Translations under genes and position numbers: made by a program
The notes under the pieces: model-generated
Told to the model about the DNA's origin: nothing
The model's input: only the letters and a program-made list of their open reading frames with translations
Databases searched by the model: none
Shown: piece by piece, positions 38,260 to 56,119 of the stretch
Position numbering within the stretch: position 1 is the first letter of the stretch
Layout of the letters: each line of letters begins with the position of its first letter
DNA from: an uncultured delta proteobacterium
GTDB taxonomy: Bacteria; Myxococcota; UBA727; VGSZ01
Length of the DNA stretch: 64,000 nucleotides
Direction: 5' to 3'
Assembly: GCA_963775425.1 (NCBI GenBank)
Contig: CAVZJB010000012.1
Coordinates: 160,001-224,000, forward strand

Positions 38260-38286
38260 CGACGACATCGTGTCGACGGCGCGGCT

Positions 38287-38790
38287 TCAACCACCGGAGC
38301 GCTGGCGCACCGAGATCAGGAAGCGCACGGTGCACACCGGAGTCCCCTCGGCGGCCGTGGTGGTCTTGACCGTCAACCACGTCTCCGCCTTGTCGTCGAC
38401 GAGCGCGCGGCAGCGGGCGAGCCCCTCGCGCTCCTCGCCCTCGGGCGCGCAGACGGCGCGCACGGTGCAGGCGGCGCGCGAATGAAAGTCCGCCTCGTTG
38501 CGCTTGACGAGGACGCGGAAGGCGGGCGCGCGGCACACGCCCACCGCGAGCGCCGCCATGGTCGCCTCGGCGTGCACGAGCAGCGCGCCGAGGTAGAGCG
38601 AGCCCACGTGGTTTCGCCCGCGGCGCGTGAACGGCATCGTCGTCACGGCGCGCGCGTCGTCGACGTCCTCGACGCGGATGCGCAACCCGCCGGCGATGGG
38701 GATGACGCGCGGGATCCCCGCCGACAAGAGCCGGTTCCGCACGATCGGCGGCAGGTCGTAGATCTTGCCGAAGACGTCGATGGCGTTCAC
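38287..38790 (-). CDS. Hotdog-fold thioesterase (PaaI/YiiD/DUF4442-like)
   Basis: NHVGSLYLGAL motif; start uncertain (38790-38829). Confidence 0.75.
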   Translation of the reverse strand: MNAIDVFGKIYDLPPIVRNRLLSAGIPRVIPIAGGLRIRVEDVDDARAVTTMPFTRRGRNHVGSLYLGALLVHAEATMAALAVGVCRAPAFRVLVKRNEADFHSRAACTVRAVCAPEGEEREGLARCRALVDDKAETWLTVKTTTAAEGTPVCTVRFLISVRQRSGG

Positions 38791-38842
38791 GACCCCGGTT
38801 GAGCACGGCGCCGCGCGCGCCGCCACCACCGTCCGGCCGCGC

Positions 38843-40357
38843 TCACGGGTGGACGAAGGCGCCGCCGCCGCCGCCGCCTCCGCCGCCGCCGCTGTCGTTG
38901 TCGCCGTCGCCGCGGCCGCCGTCGCCGCCGGTGCCGCCCGAGCCGGGGCCGCCGCTGCCGCCGGCGCCGCGGCCGCCGCTGGCGCCGTCTTTGCCGTCGG
39001 CGCCGGGCTGTCCGGCGTTGCCGCTGTCGGCGCCGCCGCCGCCGCCGCCGCCGGTGACGATGACCTCGCCGCCGGAGACGAAGCTGCCCGCCTCGAACAG
39101 CACGGAGCCCCCCGAGCCGCCGCCGCCGCCGCCGCCCTTGTCGCCGGCCAGGCCGCCCGCGCCGCCGCCGCCCCCGGCGTCGACGCGACCGGAGAACGAA
39201 AGCGTCCCGGCGACGCTCACCTGGAGCGCGCCGCCCGCGCCGCCCGGTGACGCGAGGGCGCCGCTTTGCTGCGTGTCCCTGTTGCCGCTGCCGCCCGGGC
39301 AACCGCCGGCGAGGAACGATGTGGAGAAGCTCGACCCGCCCGCGGCGTCGGCGTTGTTGCCGCCGTTCGAGGGGTTCTGGATGCCACCGCCCTTTCCGCC
39401 GGCGGCGCTGTGGCCGCCGCCTCCTCCGCCGCCGCCGCTGTCGACGGTGCCCACGCCCAACGATCCCGTGCCCGGGCAGGTGGTGAGCACGCCGGGGCCC
39501 GACGAGGCGCCGTGTCCGCCGGCGTCGAGGAGCGCCGAGACGGAGGCGTCGCCGTACACGACGAGGACCGGCGCGCGCGAGCCGCGGAAGGTGACCGTGC
39601 CGCCAACGGTGAAGCCGCGCACGAGCATCACGAACAGATCGGGGCCGCCCGCCTGCGGGGCCGCGCGCACGGGGACGGCGCTGCCGCACAGCGAGATCTC
39701 GGGCGTGGCGGCGTCGGTGTCGACGTCGTCGTCACAGGCGTCGTCGACGACGAGCGGGAGGTCGGCCGGGTTCACGTCGTCGAGCGCGTTGCCGGTGTGG
39801 GCGGGAGCGCCGGCGGTGAACAGCGGCGTGCACACCGGGGCGCCGCCGCCGGAGGGCAGATCGCAGCGGAAGCCGGCCGCCGGTTGGCAGGCGTCGCAGC
39901 CGGGTTGCCCGTCGCACGCCTCGCCGTCGTCGAGGACGCCGTCGCCGCACGAGTCGCCGCCCCCATCGACGTCGCCGGCGTCGACGTCCCCCGCGTCGAC
40001 ATCGCCGGCGTCGACACCACCGGCGTCGACATCACCGGCGTCGATGATGCCGGCGTCGACGTCCCCGGCGTCGATGATGCCGGCGTCGAGGTCCCCGGCG
40101 TCGAGGTCCCCGGCGTCGTCGACGGCCCCGGCGTCGTCGACGGCCCCGGCGTCGTCGTCGGCCCCGGCGTCGATGTCCCCGGCGCCCGCGTCGCCGGCGA
40201 GCGCCGCGCCGACGCACGCGTCGTGGACGCAGACCTCGCCGCCGGCGCAGTCGACGTCCGCCGCGCACGCGAGCTGGAAGTCGCAGCTCGAGCAGCCCGC
40301 GGCCGGGAGCAAGCACAGCAGGGCGAGGGCGGCCCTCACGGTCGGATTCTGCCACAT
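38843..40357 (-). CDS. Surface lipoprotein with Cys-rich modules, DAG-repeat linker and Gly-rich C-terminal domain
   Basis: AAGC lipobox, CAADVDCAGGEVC, (DAGxx)n, CGDGVLDDGEACD myxobacterial-type Cys repeat, GGAGGA/GGGSGGSV motifs. Confidence 0.8.
   Translation of the reverse strand: MWQNPTVRAALALLCLLPAAGCSSCDFQLACAADVDCAGGEVCVHDACVGAALAGDAGAGDIDAGADDDAGAVDDAGAVDDAGDLDAGDLDAGIIDAGDVDAGIIDAGDVDAGGVDAGDVDAGDVDAGDVDGGGDSCGDGVLDDGEACDGQPGCDACQPAAGFRCDLPSGGGAPVCTPLFTAGAPAHTGNALDDVNPADLPLVVDDACDDDVDTDAATPEISLCGSAVPVRAAPQAGGPDLFVMLVRGFTVGGTVTFRGSRAPVLVVYGDASVSALLDAGGHGASSGPGVLTTCPGTGSLGVGTVDSGGGGGGGGHSAAGGKGGGIQNPSNGGNNADAAGGSSFSTSFLAGGCPGGSGNRDTQQSGALASPGGAGGALQVSVAGTLSFSGRVDAGGGGGAGGLAGDKGGGGGGGSGGSVLFEAGSFVSGGEVIVTGGGGGGGADSGNAGQPGADGKDGASGGRGAGGSGGPGSGGTGGDGGRGDGDNDSGGGGGGGGGGAFVHP
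39965..40198 (-). repeat. 15-18-bp tandem repeats encoding (DAGDV/DAGDL/DAGII/DAGAVD)n
   Basis: Recurring ccggcgtc core on the + strand, about 14 units. Confidence 0.85.
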
Positions 40358-40413
40358 CCGGGCCGCTGAAAATTTGTTCAGCACACGCTACGGTGGAGGG
40401 ACCCGGAGATCCC

Positions 40414-44788
<4,375 letters not shown>

Positions 44789-44849
44789 TCCTCGCCCGTT
44801 TCAGATCAGGCGGGGCGGTGCCGATGGTGGGCGTACGGGAGGTGTGCGC

Positions 44850-46085
44850 ATGGCCGTGGCGGAGCGTGAGATCGAGGTCGACGTCGATCCGCTCGACATC
44901 GATCAGGTGATCGCCGATCGCGTCGCCTCCGGCGACATCGTCGTGCCGCCGTTCCCTCGCGTGCTCGCAGCGGTGAACGCCGCCGTCGCCGGCGGCGCCT
45001 CGATGAACGAGATCGCCGCCCTCGTGGGCGCCGACCCCGCGCTCGCCGCCGCGCTCTTGCGCGTCGTCAACACGCCCATGTTCAGCGGCATCGGCGGCCC
45101 CGTCGTCTCGCTGCAAAACGCCGTGCAGCGCCTCGGGCTCAAGCGGCTCCAGCGCATGGCCATGGGGTCCATCCTCGCGAGCTCGGCGCTCTCCCGCGGC
45201 CCGCTGTTCGAGCTGCGCCGGCGCGTGTGGCGCGAGTGCGTGGCGTCGTCGCTGGTCGCCGAAGCCGTCGCCAACGGCAACGGCGTGCCCGTCGACGTCG
45301 CCCACCTCGCCGCCCTCATGCACGACTTCGGCAAGATCATCGCCATCGGGTGCATCGAGGACTCGCTCGGCGACGAGTCCGACCCGATGGCGGCGGAGCC
45401 GTACTGGCTCCACGTCGTCGAGCGGCACCACTGCGACCTGGGCGCGTACCTCGCCGAAGCGTGGGGGCTGCCGGAGCCCATCCCCGCGGTGATCGCCGGT
45501 CACCACCAGACGCTCGGGAGCGGACGGGTGGCGTTGCTCGACGTCATCCACGTCTGCGACGCCGTCGCCGCCGCCCTCGGCGACCTCGGCGAGCTCTCCC
45601 TCGACGACCTCGCCGCCGTCCCCGGCGTGCGCTCGCGCGAAGAAGCGGCGCTCGTGGCCCGCAGCCTCGATCGCATGCCGCAGCTCCTGAGCGCGCTCGG
45701 CGACGCGCCGCCGGCGCCGCCGCGGCCGCCGCAGGCGCCGAAGTCCTCGGCGCCGGCGAGCACGTTCCTCTCAAGCCCGACGCTGGTGAACGTCCCGACG
45801 TGCATCCTCGGCCACGGCCGCGTGAGCGGCCTGACGACCATCGCCGTCGGGCGCGACGGGCTCGCCGTCGTCTCCCCCGAGGCGCTGCCCGAGGGCTGGG
45901 TCACGCACCTCGAGCTCGAGGGACCGCGCGGCCCCTTTCGCATCTGGGTGACCGTGTTGAGCTCGCGTCGCCACGCGCCCGAGCTGCACATCGCCGAAGC
46001 CAAGCCGCTGTCCCTGCGGGGCGCCGTGGCCGAGGCCTGGACCACCTTCGTGGATGACCTGAGGGTGACGCACCCCGCGGCCTGA
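44850..46085 (+). CDS. HDOD domain protein with C-terminal beta (PilZ-like?) extension
   Basis: PPFP, DPALAAALLRVVN, AVQRLG, LMHDFGK, HCDLGAYLAEAWGLP...HH. Confidence 0.88.
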   Translation: MAVAEREIEVDVDPLDIDQVIADRVASGDIVVPPFPRVLAAVNAAVAGGASMNEIAALVGADPALAAALLRVVNTPMFSGIGGPVVSLQNAVQRLGLKRLQRMAMGSILASSALSRGPLFELRRRVWRECVASSLVAEAVANGNGVPVDVAHLAALMHDFGKIIAIGCIEDSLGDESDPMAAEPYWLHVVERHHCDLGAYLAEAWGLPEPIPAVIAGHHQTLGSGRVALLDVIHVCDAVAAALGDLGELSLDDLAAVPGVRSREEAALVARSLDRMPQLLSALGDAPPAPPRPPQAPKSSAPASTFLSSPTLVNVPTCILGHGRVSGLTTIAVGRDGLAVVSPEALPEGWVTHLELEGPRGPFRIWVTVLSSRRHAPELHIAEAKPLSLRGAVAEAWTTFVDDLRVTHPAA

Positions 46086-46230
46086 GCTCGGCGCGCGCCG
46101 CTCGGCGCAAAGGGTGACGCGCAACGTGATCCGTCGGCGCCGACGCCTCGGTGCGGCACTGGCAGTCCATTCGCGACGTCGGCGACGTCGACGACCCTGC
46201 GGGGCTTGACGTCGGCTGCGTCGACGCCCC

Positions 46231-46310
46231 GTAGGGCGGGGGCTTGTCCCCCGCGTCGGAAAGGCACGCGGACGTTGCCGGTGCCTCCGACGCGCCCCAC
46301 AAGGGGCTAC
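46231..46310. repeat. REP/REPIN-like palindromic element (GTAG...CTAC)
   Basis: GTAGggcgggggcttgtcccccgc left arm, gcgtcgga..ggcac/gtgcctccgacgc inner stem, ccccacaaggggCTAC right arm. Confidence 0.5.
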
Positions 46311-46404
46311 GTCTCGATGCCGTGCGTGCCGTGTCGACGTGTGCGGCGACGACGGCGCCGGCCGTCGCCCCGACGCGGCAAAGGCGCCGAAGGCGCGCGG
46401 CGTA

Positions 46405-46465
46405 GACATTCGCGGCGGGGCACGACGTCGTCGTCAGCGAAAAACGTCGTCCCGCCGTGAATGTC
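46405..46465. repeat. Long hairpin
   Basis: gacattcgcggcggg/cccgccgtgaatgtc (15 bp, one G-U) plus an inner acgacgt/acgtcgt stem. Confidence 0.65.
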
Positions 46466-46475
46466 GTAACGCCGC

Positions 46476-46670
46476 TCAGCTCAGTTGATCCGAGCGACCC
46501 GGAAGGGGCCGGTGCTACGGCCACACGGCGGAGCGGAAAGGAGCTCCGAGCTCGGCGACGAAGACGCGCGCCGAGTTGAGCGCCGGGGCGCCGAGCTCTC
46601 CGCTCCTTTCCGCTCCGGCGGTGGCGACGTTGTCTAGCCTTCGCTGATTCCGAGCGACAGGTTGAGCTGA
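46476..46670. other. About 195-nt nested imperfect palindrome (structured ncRNA or MITE-like element)
   Basis: tcagctca/tgagctga ends, gaagg/ccttc, gccac/gtggc, a perfect 16-bp stem 46529-46544/46602-46617 and a 10-bp stem 46548-46557/46589-46598. Confidence 0.55.
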
Positions 46671-47148
46671 AGACCCAGGCCGTGGACGACCTCATCGGCC
46701 GGCTCGCCTGATCGACCGCGTGATCGGCGGGCTCGAGCTCGACGGGCTCACAGCCAGCGCCAAGGCCGTACAGTTTGGCGGTGGGCGCCCGATTACGAGC
46801 CCGCAAGGGATCGCGACGAACGACGACGCCTTCCGTTGGATCGTCGGCGATCTGCGCGTTCGACAAGCTCCTCACCCTGATGGCAGCCGTGGCCTTCAAC
46901 CTGCTCTCGCGAAGCTCACCGCCTGAAGTCCGCACCGACGTCGCATCGAGGCACGTCGGCGCGCACACGACCCGCACGAAGCCGCCACGTGCGCCGATAG
47001 CGGGATCACAACACCGCTCGGACCCGCCGTTTCCTCACAACCTGCAGCGGTTCTTGCGCGCCGACGTGCCTCGCCACGTACTCCGCGCGGCGAGCCACCT
47101 TGGGCGGCTTCGCCGAGTGCTGCTACGAGCCTTATTTTCGTCAGCCTT

Positions 47149-47738
47149 TCAGCCGTCGAAGCCGTCGCGGGCGGCGCCGCGGACGGTGATCTCCAGGCGG
47201 CGGCCTTCGATGTAGCCGCCGACGCCGGCGGAGCCCTCGGGCCAGGCCTCGACGACGAGCAGGCCGGGCTTCACGCCGCGGATGCTGATGTCCTGCGCCG
47301 TCGACAAAGCGCCCTTCGCCTCGATGCCGCTCATGCGCTCCACGCGGCCGTCGGGGTGCGTGACCTGGATGACGTAGCGGTTGCCGCGCGCGCGGGACTT
47401 CAAGGCCTCCGCTGGGGTCCTTCAAGTCGTGGCCGGAGACGTTGAGCGCGACGACGAGGTCGAGGCGATCGTTTTGCAGCGGCAAAGAGACCGACGCCGT
47501 CTGCGGCTTGTGCGTGCGCGCCGCGAACGCCGGCGAAGGCGACCTCCTCGAGCCGAGCCAGGCGCTGCGCTGGAGGGTGTGATCGATCTGCCCCTGCATC
47601 GGGGCCCGCGCCCGGTCGAAGGCGGTAGCGGCGAGGCGGGCGTCGACGACACCGGACGGGTCCGGTCGATGGGAGGCGCGCGCCACGAGGACAAGAGCGA
47701 GTCGACGAACGGCTTGGGACCTCCGACAACCCGGGCAT
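47149..47738 (-). pseudogene. Hypothetical protein broken by frameshift(s)
   Basis: TACATT -10 box 7 nt before ATG 47738. Protein-like segments switch frame; removing one base at the 47414-47417 run joins ...SGHDLKDP to AEALKSRARGNRYVIQV. Confidence 0.45.
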
Positions 47739-47789
47739 CGGCGGAAATGTAGGCGATGGTGCTACAGATCCGGATCTGCGCCGTCGCGC

Positions 47790-48610
47790 TCAACGGGAGA
47801 CGCGCGCCTCACCCGAATAGACGTTCATCGAGCTGCCGCGCAGGAAGCCGACGAGCGTGAGGTCGAGGGCCCGCGCCGCGCGCACCGCCAGGCTCGTCGG
47901 CGCCGAGATGCCCGCGACGACGGGGATGCGCGCCGCCGCCGCCTTCTGCACGATCTCGAAGCTCACGCGCCCCGACACCAGCAGCGCCGGCGGCCGCGCG
48001 CCCGCCCGGGCCGCGAAGCCCACGGCCTTGTCCACCGCGTTGTGCCGCCCGACGTCCTCGCGCGCGACGACGAGCGCGCCCTCGGCCGTGAAGAGCCCCG
48101 CCGCGTGCAGCCCCCCGGTCGCCGAGAACGCCGGCTGCGCCGCCCGCAGCGCCGCCGGCATCGCCGACAGCGCCGCAGGCGCCACACGAACGACGTCGAA
48201 CACGGGGCGCGCGATGCGGAGCGCGTTTTCGATGGTGGCCTTGCCGCACACCCCGCAGCTCGACGAGGCGAACGTGTGGCGGCGGAAGCGCTCGATGTCG
48301 AACGCCGTGCGCAGCCGTACCTGCACCACGTTGTCCTCGGCCTCGGGGTCCGGGACCGTGGTGCAGTGCCGCACGCTCTCGATGTCGTCGACGGCCGCGG
48401 CGATGCCCTCGGTGAGCAGGAAGCCCGTGCACAGCTCCTCGTCCCGACCCGGGGTGCGCATGAGCACCGCGACGGACGCGCCGTTCACCTGGATCTCGAG
48501 CGGCTCCTCGTGGGCCACCGCCTCGTCGCGCTCCCCCGCGCCGTCCCCCTCGAGGTGGATCACGGCGAACGTCCGCGTGGATTCGTCGACGTCGTCGTCG
48601 CCGGAGCTCT

Positions 48611-48614
<4 letters not shown>
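47790..48614 (-). CDS. fdhD: Formate dehydrogenase accessory sulfurtransferase
   Basis: EEPLEI, MRTPG, SSSCGVCGK, TGGLHAA, REDVGRHNAVDK, SGRVSFE, SAPTSLA. Confidence 0.95.
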
Positions 48615-50851
<2,237 letters not shown>

Positions 50852-50990
50852 GCCGTCGACCCTACGTGTGCGCCGTCGCGAGGACAACGCTCCGCGCCGC
50901 CGCGCGCCGCCCTGCGGCGGGGGCTCGCCATCGCCGGGGTTTTCGCCGTCATCGTTGGCACGCCACCCCTCCTGCGGCTACAAGGCGGAC

Positions 50991-51641
50991 ATGTTCGTGC
51001 CGTTCGTCTGCGCTGCGCTCGCCGCGGCGTCCCTGCAAGGGGACCCGGCGTTCACCGAGGGCCAGCAGCTCTACCAGGCGCTCTCCTTCGAGGAGGCCGT
51101 CCCCAAGTTCGCCGAGGTGGCGGCGCGCCCCGATCTCGCCCCCGGCGACAGAGCGGAGGCGTACGTGTGGCTCGGCCTCGCGCACGCCGGCCTTGCCCAC
51201 ATGCGGGAGGCCCACGACGCCTTCAAGAAGGCGCTGCAGGCGGACCCCGCCGTGAAGTTGCCTGGGACCATCTCGCCGCGCGTTGCCGAGGAATTCCACT
51301 CGGCGCAGGCCGAGGTGCAAAAGGAGAGCGTGGCAAAGAAGCAGCCCGCGCCCCCCGGCGACACCGGCGGCGGCGACGGCGCCCCCGCGGTGAGCGGCTT
51401 GTTCGTCACGGGGGCGGTCGTGGGCGGCGTCGGTGCGCTGCTGGTCGCCGGCGGCCTCGTCTCCGCGGGGCTCGCGGCCGGCGACTACGCGCGCGCCAGC
51501 GACAAGAACGCGTTTCAGTCGGACGCCAAGGATGCGCTCGACGCCACCAACACCGAGCTGGCCGTCGCGCTGGCGCTGGTGCCCGTCGGCGCGGTCGTCG
51601 GCGCCATCGGGGGCGTCCTGATCGCCGTCGGCGGGGAATGA
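50991..51641 (+). CDS. Exported TPR protein with C-terminal glycine-zipper hydrophobic helices
   Basis: Signal peptide; GQQLYQALSFEEA...AYVWLGLAHA...AFKKALQADP; GAVVGGVG and GAVVGAIGG. Confidence 0.75.
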   Translation: MFVPFVCAALAAASLQGDPAFTEGQQLYQALSFEEAVPKFAEVAARPDLAPGDRAEAYVWLGLAHAGLAHMREAHDAFKKALQADPAVKLPGTISPRVAEEFHSAQAEVQKESVAKKQPAPPGDTGGGDGAPAVSGLFVTGAVVGGVGALLVAGGLVSAGLAAGDYARASDKNAFQSDAKDALDATNTELAVALALVPVGAVVGAIGGVLIAVGGE

Positions 51642-51678
51642 GGCCGCGCCCGAGTCGGCGTGGTACGTTGTCGTGACC

Positions 51679-53204
<1,526 letters not shown>

Positions 53205-53208
<4 letters not shown>

Positions 53209-53913
53209 GCCTCTTTCGTCCGTACGGGGCCGACGGGCCGACGCTGCTCGAGCTCGCAGAGCAGGCGTGGTCGTCGACGGACCACGGCTACGACCTGCTC
53301 GCGCCGCGCTTCGACCACACGCCGTTTCGCACGCCCGACGACGTCGTCGCGCGGTCGCTCGCCGTGCTCGGCGACGCCCGCTTCGCCCGCGGCCTCGACC
53401 TGTGCTGCGGCACCGGCGCGGGGCTCGCCCGCCTCGCGGAGCGCTGCGACGCCGTCGTCGGCCTCGACCGCAGCGCCGGCATGCTCGCTCGAGGCGCGCC
53501 GCCGTTTGCCCGGCGAAGCGCGCGTGCACCTCGTGCGCGGGGACGCGCTCGCACCGCCGTTTTCGCGCGCGTTCGACGTCGCGTGCAGCTTCGGCGCGTT
53601 CGGCCACATCCTCGTCGAGGACGAGCCGCGCTTCGTGCGCGCGGTCGCCTCCTCCCTCGCGCCCGGCGGCCGCTTCGTGTTCGTGACCGCGGACCCGCCG
53701 CCGCGCTTGTCCAGGCGCCGCCTCGCGGCCCACGCGTTCAACGCGGCCATGCGGGTGCGCAACGCGGTGAAGAAGCCCGCGTTCGTCATGTACTACCTGA
53801 CGTTCCTGCTGCCGCGCGCGCGGGCGCTCCTCGAGGCCGCCGGCTTCGACGTCGTGGAGCGCCGCGATCTGGTGCCCGGCTACGTCGTCGTCGACGCGCG
53901 TCAGCCGAAGTAG
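53205..53913 (+). pseudogene. Class I SAM-dependent methyltransferase split by a +1 frameshift at about 53489
   Basis: GLDLCCGTG and GLDRSAGML in the first frame; GDAL, FGAFGH, LAPGGRF in the second. Deleting one base gives MLAEARRRLPG. May be an assembly error. Confidence 0.8.
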
Positions 53914-55343
53914 ACGCCGAGCTGCACGAACGCCGCCACGGGCGTCAGGCCCTCCTCGCTGCGCGCGCCCAGCGTGGTGGTGGCGCGACGAAACGCGGGG
54001 CTGTCCGTGACGACGTCGCTGGGGCTCAGCGCGCGAAACGGCGCGACGTCGACGCCGGCGCCGAGCGGCAGCGTGGCGCCCGCGCGCACCAGCACGTCTT
54101 GCGCCACCGACCACTCGAGCGCGGGGACGACGAGCAGGCCGGGGTCCTCGAGGCCGAGGATGGCCGTGGTGCTCACGCTCACGAGATCGGTGACCGCCAC
54201 GGACGAGACCGCGCCGACGTAGAAGCGGCGCGCGCCGAACACCTCGCCGCGCACGAGGCGATCGTTCTGGAGCTTCTCGGCGATGCCTTCGGCGGAGTCG
54301 GCGCCGAAGCCGTTGTAGTAGCCCTCGACGACGACGACCCACTGCTCGGCGGGGCGCGCCTCGACGCCGGCGACGGCGCGACCGAAGCTGTCCCTGCCGT
54401 CGAGCGAGAAGGTCCACGCGCCCTCGCCGTAGACACCGAAGGGATCGACGTCGACGGCGAAGTCGGCTCCGAGGACGACGTCGCCGACGTACTTGGCGGC
54501 GGTGAGCGACAGATCGAGGCCGAAGAGGTTGGTGCGCGCGCGCAGGACGCCGCCGTTGTCCTCGGGGACGAGCTGGGGGAGCCAGAGCGCTTCGAGCTCG
54601 GAGACGGCGCCGAGGGGCACGGACACGCGCAGGGCGTCGGCGCCGCGGCGCACCTCGCGGTCGACGTCGGTGGGGGCGAAGGGGCTGAACAGATCGGTGG
54701 GGTTCCACAGGTGGCCGGTGCCCCAGGAGACCACCTGGCGTCCGGCGACGACGGTGACGGCGGGGTTCCTCCACGTGAGCGCGAGCTTGTCGAGGTTGTG
54801 GACGATGACGGCGTCACCGGCGTCGAGCAGGACCGGATCGAAGTCGACGAGGCGCCGCTGCGGCACCGCGCTCCCGGCGCTGCCGCCGAGCGCGCCCGAG
54901 GCCGAGCCGAACAGGCCGGCCGAGGCGCCCGCGAAGCGCTCGTCGGTGACGAGGACGAGGGCGGGCTGCCAGGCGACGTCGAGCTCCAGGTCCTCGCCGA
55001 GCCGGACGGCGCCCTGCAGGCGCACGGTCTCGGTGAGGAGGCCCGCGTCCCCGGGGAGCGCGAGGTCTTTCGGCAGGCTCGCGGCGGCGCCGGGCGGGAG
55101 GAGGGCGCGCGTCTCGTCGAACACGCGTTGCAGCTCCCCCGTGGCGTCGACGAGCTCTCCCGGAAGGTGCACCCAGGTGCCCGCGGTCTTTTCGAAGCCG
55201 CTGCCCTCGACGACGAGCTCGGTGTCGCCCACCGGCGCGCGCCACAGCTCCGCCGCCTGCGCCGGCCCACACCCGAGGAGCGCCAGGGCCGCGATGGCGC
55301 GCCGCCGGCGTGACGCCGACCCCCGTGGCGCGCGCGCGCTCAC
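53901..55343 (-). CDS. Putative outer-membrane beta-barrel protein
   Basis: Signal peptide ending AQA, GRQVVSWG..WNPTD, GADALR, C-terminal QLGVYF; last gene of the ABC operon. Confidence 0.7.
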   Translation of the reverse strand: MSARAPRGSASRRRRAIAALALLGCGPAQAAELWRAPVGDTELVVEGSGFEKTAGTWVHLPGELVDATGELQRVFDETRALLPPGAAASLPKDLALPGDAGLLTETVRLQGAVRLGEDLELDVAWQPALVLVTDERFAGASAGLFGSASGALGGSAGSAVPQRRLVDFDPVLLDAGDAVIVHNLDKLALTWRNPAVTVVAGRQVVSWGTGHLWNPTDLFSPFAPTDVDREVRRGADALRVSVPLGAVSELEALWLPQLVPEDNGGVLRARTNLFGLDLSLTAAKYVGDVVLGADFAVDVDPFGVYGEGAWTFSLDGRDSFGRAVAGVEARPAEQWVVVVEGYYNGFGADSAEGIAEKLQNDRLVRGEVFGARRFYVGAVSSVAVTDLVSVSTTAILGLEDPGLLVVPALEWSVAQDVLVRAGATLPLGAGVDVAPFRALSPSDVVTDSPAFRRATTTLGARSEEGLTPVAAFVQLGVYFG

Positions 55344-56068
55344 GGCGCCGGCGCGGCCGGCGGCTGTGTCGCCGGCGCGGAGGTCCGCCGCTCGTCGGAG
55401 GCGATGCCGCCGTCGAGGAGACGCACGACGCGATCGGCCTGGTCGAGCACCATGGGATCGTGCGTGGAGAACACGAACGTGACGCCGCGCTCGCGGTTGA
55501 GCTCGCGCATCATGGCGATGAGCGCCTTGCCGGTGTGTTGGTCGAGGTTGGCGGTGGGCTCGTCGGCCAGCACCACCGCGGGCGTGGACGCGATGGCGCG
55601 GGCGACGGCGACGCGCTGCTGTTGGCCGCCGCTCATCTTCGCCGGCCACGACTCGAGGAAGTCGCCGATGCCGAGCCGCTGAAAGACGTCGGCGATGCGC
55701 TTGCGCCGCTCCTCCGCCGGCATCCCCTGCAGCTGCAGCACGTACTCCGCGTTTTCGCGCGCGCGCAGCACGGGGATGAGGTTGTACGCCTGGAAGACGA
55801 AGCCGACCTTGTCGCGTCGCAGATCCGCCAGATCCCTGCGGGAGAGGCCGGCAAGGTCGACGCCGCCGACCGTCACCGTGCCGCGCGTCGGCGTGTCGAG
55901 CGCGCCGATGAGGTTCAACAGCGTGGTCTTGCCCGAGCCCGACGGGCCGGCGATGGCCATGAACTCGCCGGACTGCACCTCGAAGCTCACGCCTCGCAGC
56001 GCGGTCACCGCCGGCTGTCCCTTGCCCGCGTATTCCTTGGTGACGTCGACGACGGACACTGCGCTCAT
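55340..56068 (-). CDS. LolD/MacB-type ABC ATPase
   Basis: GPSGSGKT, FVFQAYNL, MSGGQQQRVA, LADEPTANLD, STHD. Confidence 0.95.
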   Translation of the reverse strand: MSAVSVVDVTKEYAGKGQPAVTALRGVSFEVQSGEFMAIAGPSGSGKTTLLNLIGALDTPTRGTVTVGGVDLAGLSRRDLADLRRDKVGFVFQAYNLIPVLRARENAEYVLQLQGMPAEERRKRIADVFQRLGIGDFLESWPAKMSGGQQQRVAVARAIASTPAVVLADEPTANLDQHTGKALIAMMRELNRERGVTFVFSTHDPMVLDQADRVVRLLDGGIASDERRTSAPATQPPAAPAP

Positions 56069-56119
56069 GTTCTCTCCGGCACGCGCGCGCCGCGGTTCGT
56101 GCGGCGACAGGTTTCACGA

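Noticed and set aside
39965-40198. Possible CRISPR or other repeat-spacer array
   Set aside because: Units are 15-18 bp, in frame, with no unique spacers and no cas genes; a coding repeat. The same applies to the GE tracts and 15083-15160.
46486-46516. SRP RNA-like CCGGAAGG motif
   Set aside because: Lacks the CAGG...GGAA...AGCAG helix-8 consensus; no tmRNA or RNase P signatures were seen either.
46720-46926. 68-aa ORF in the non-coding gap
   Set aside because: No SD or -10 box, atypical codon usage, no motif; cannot be supported.
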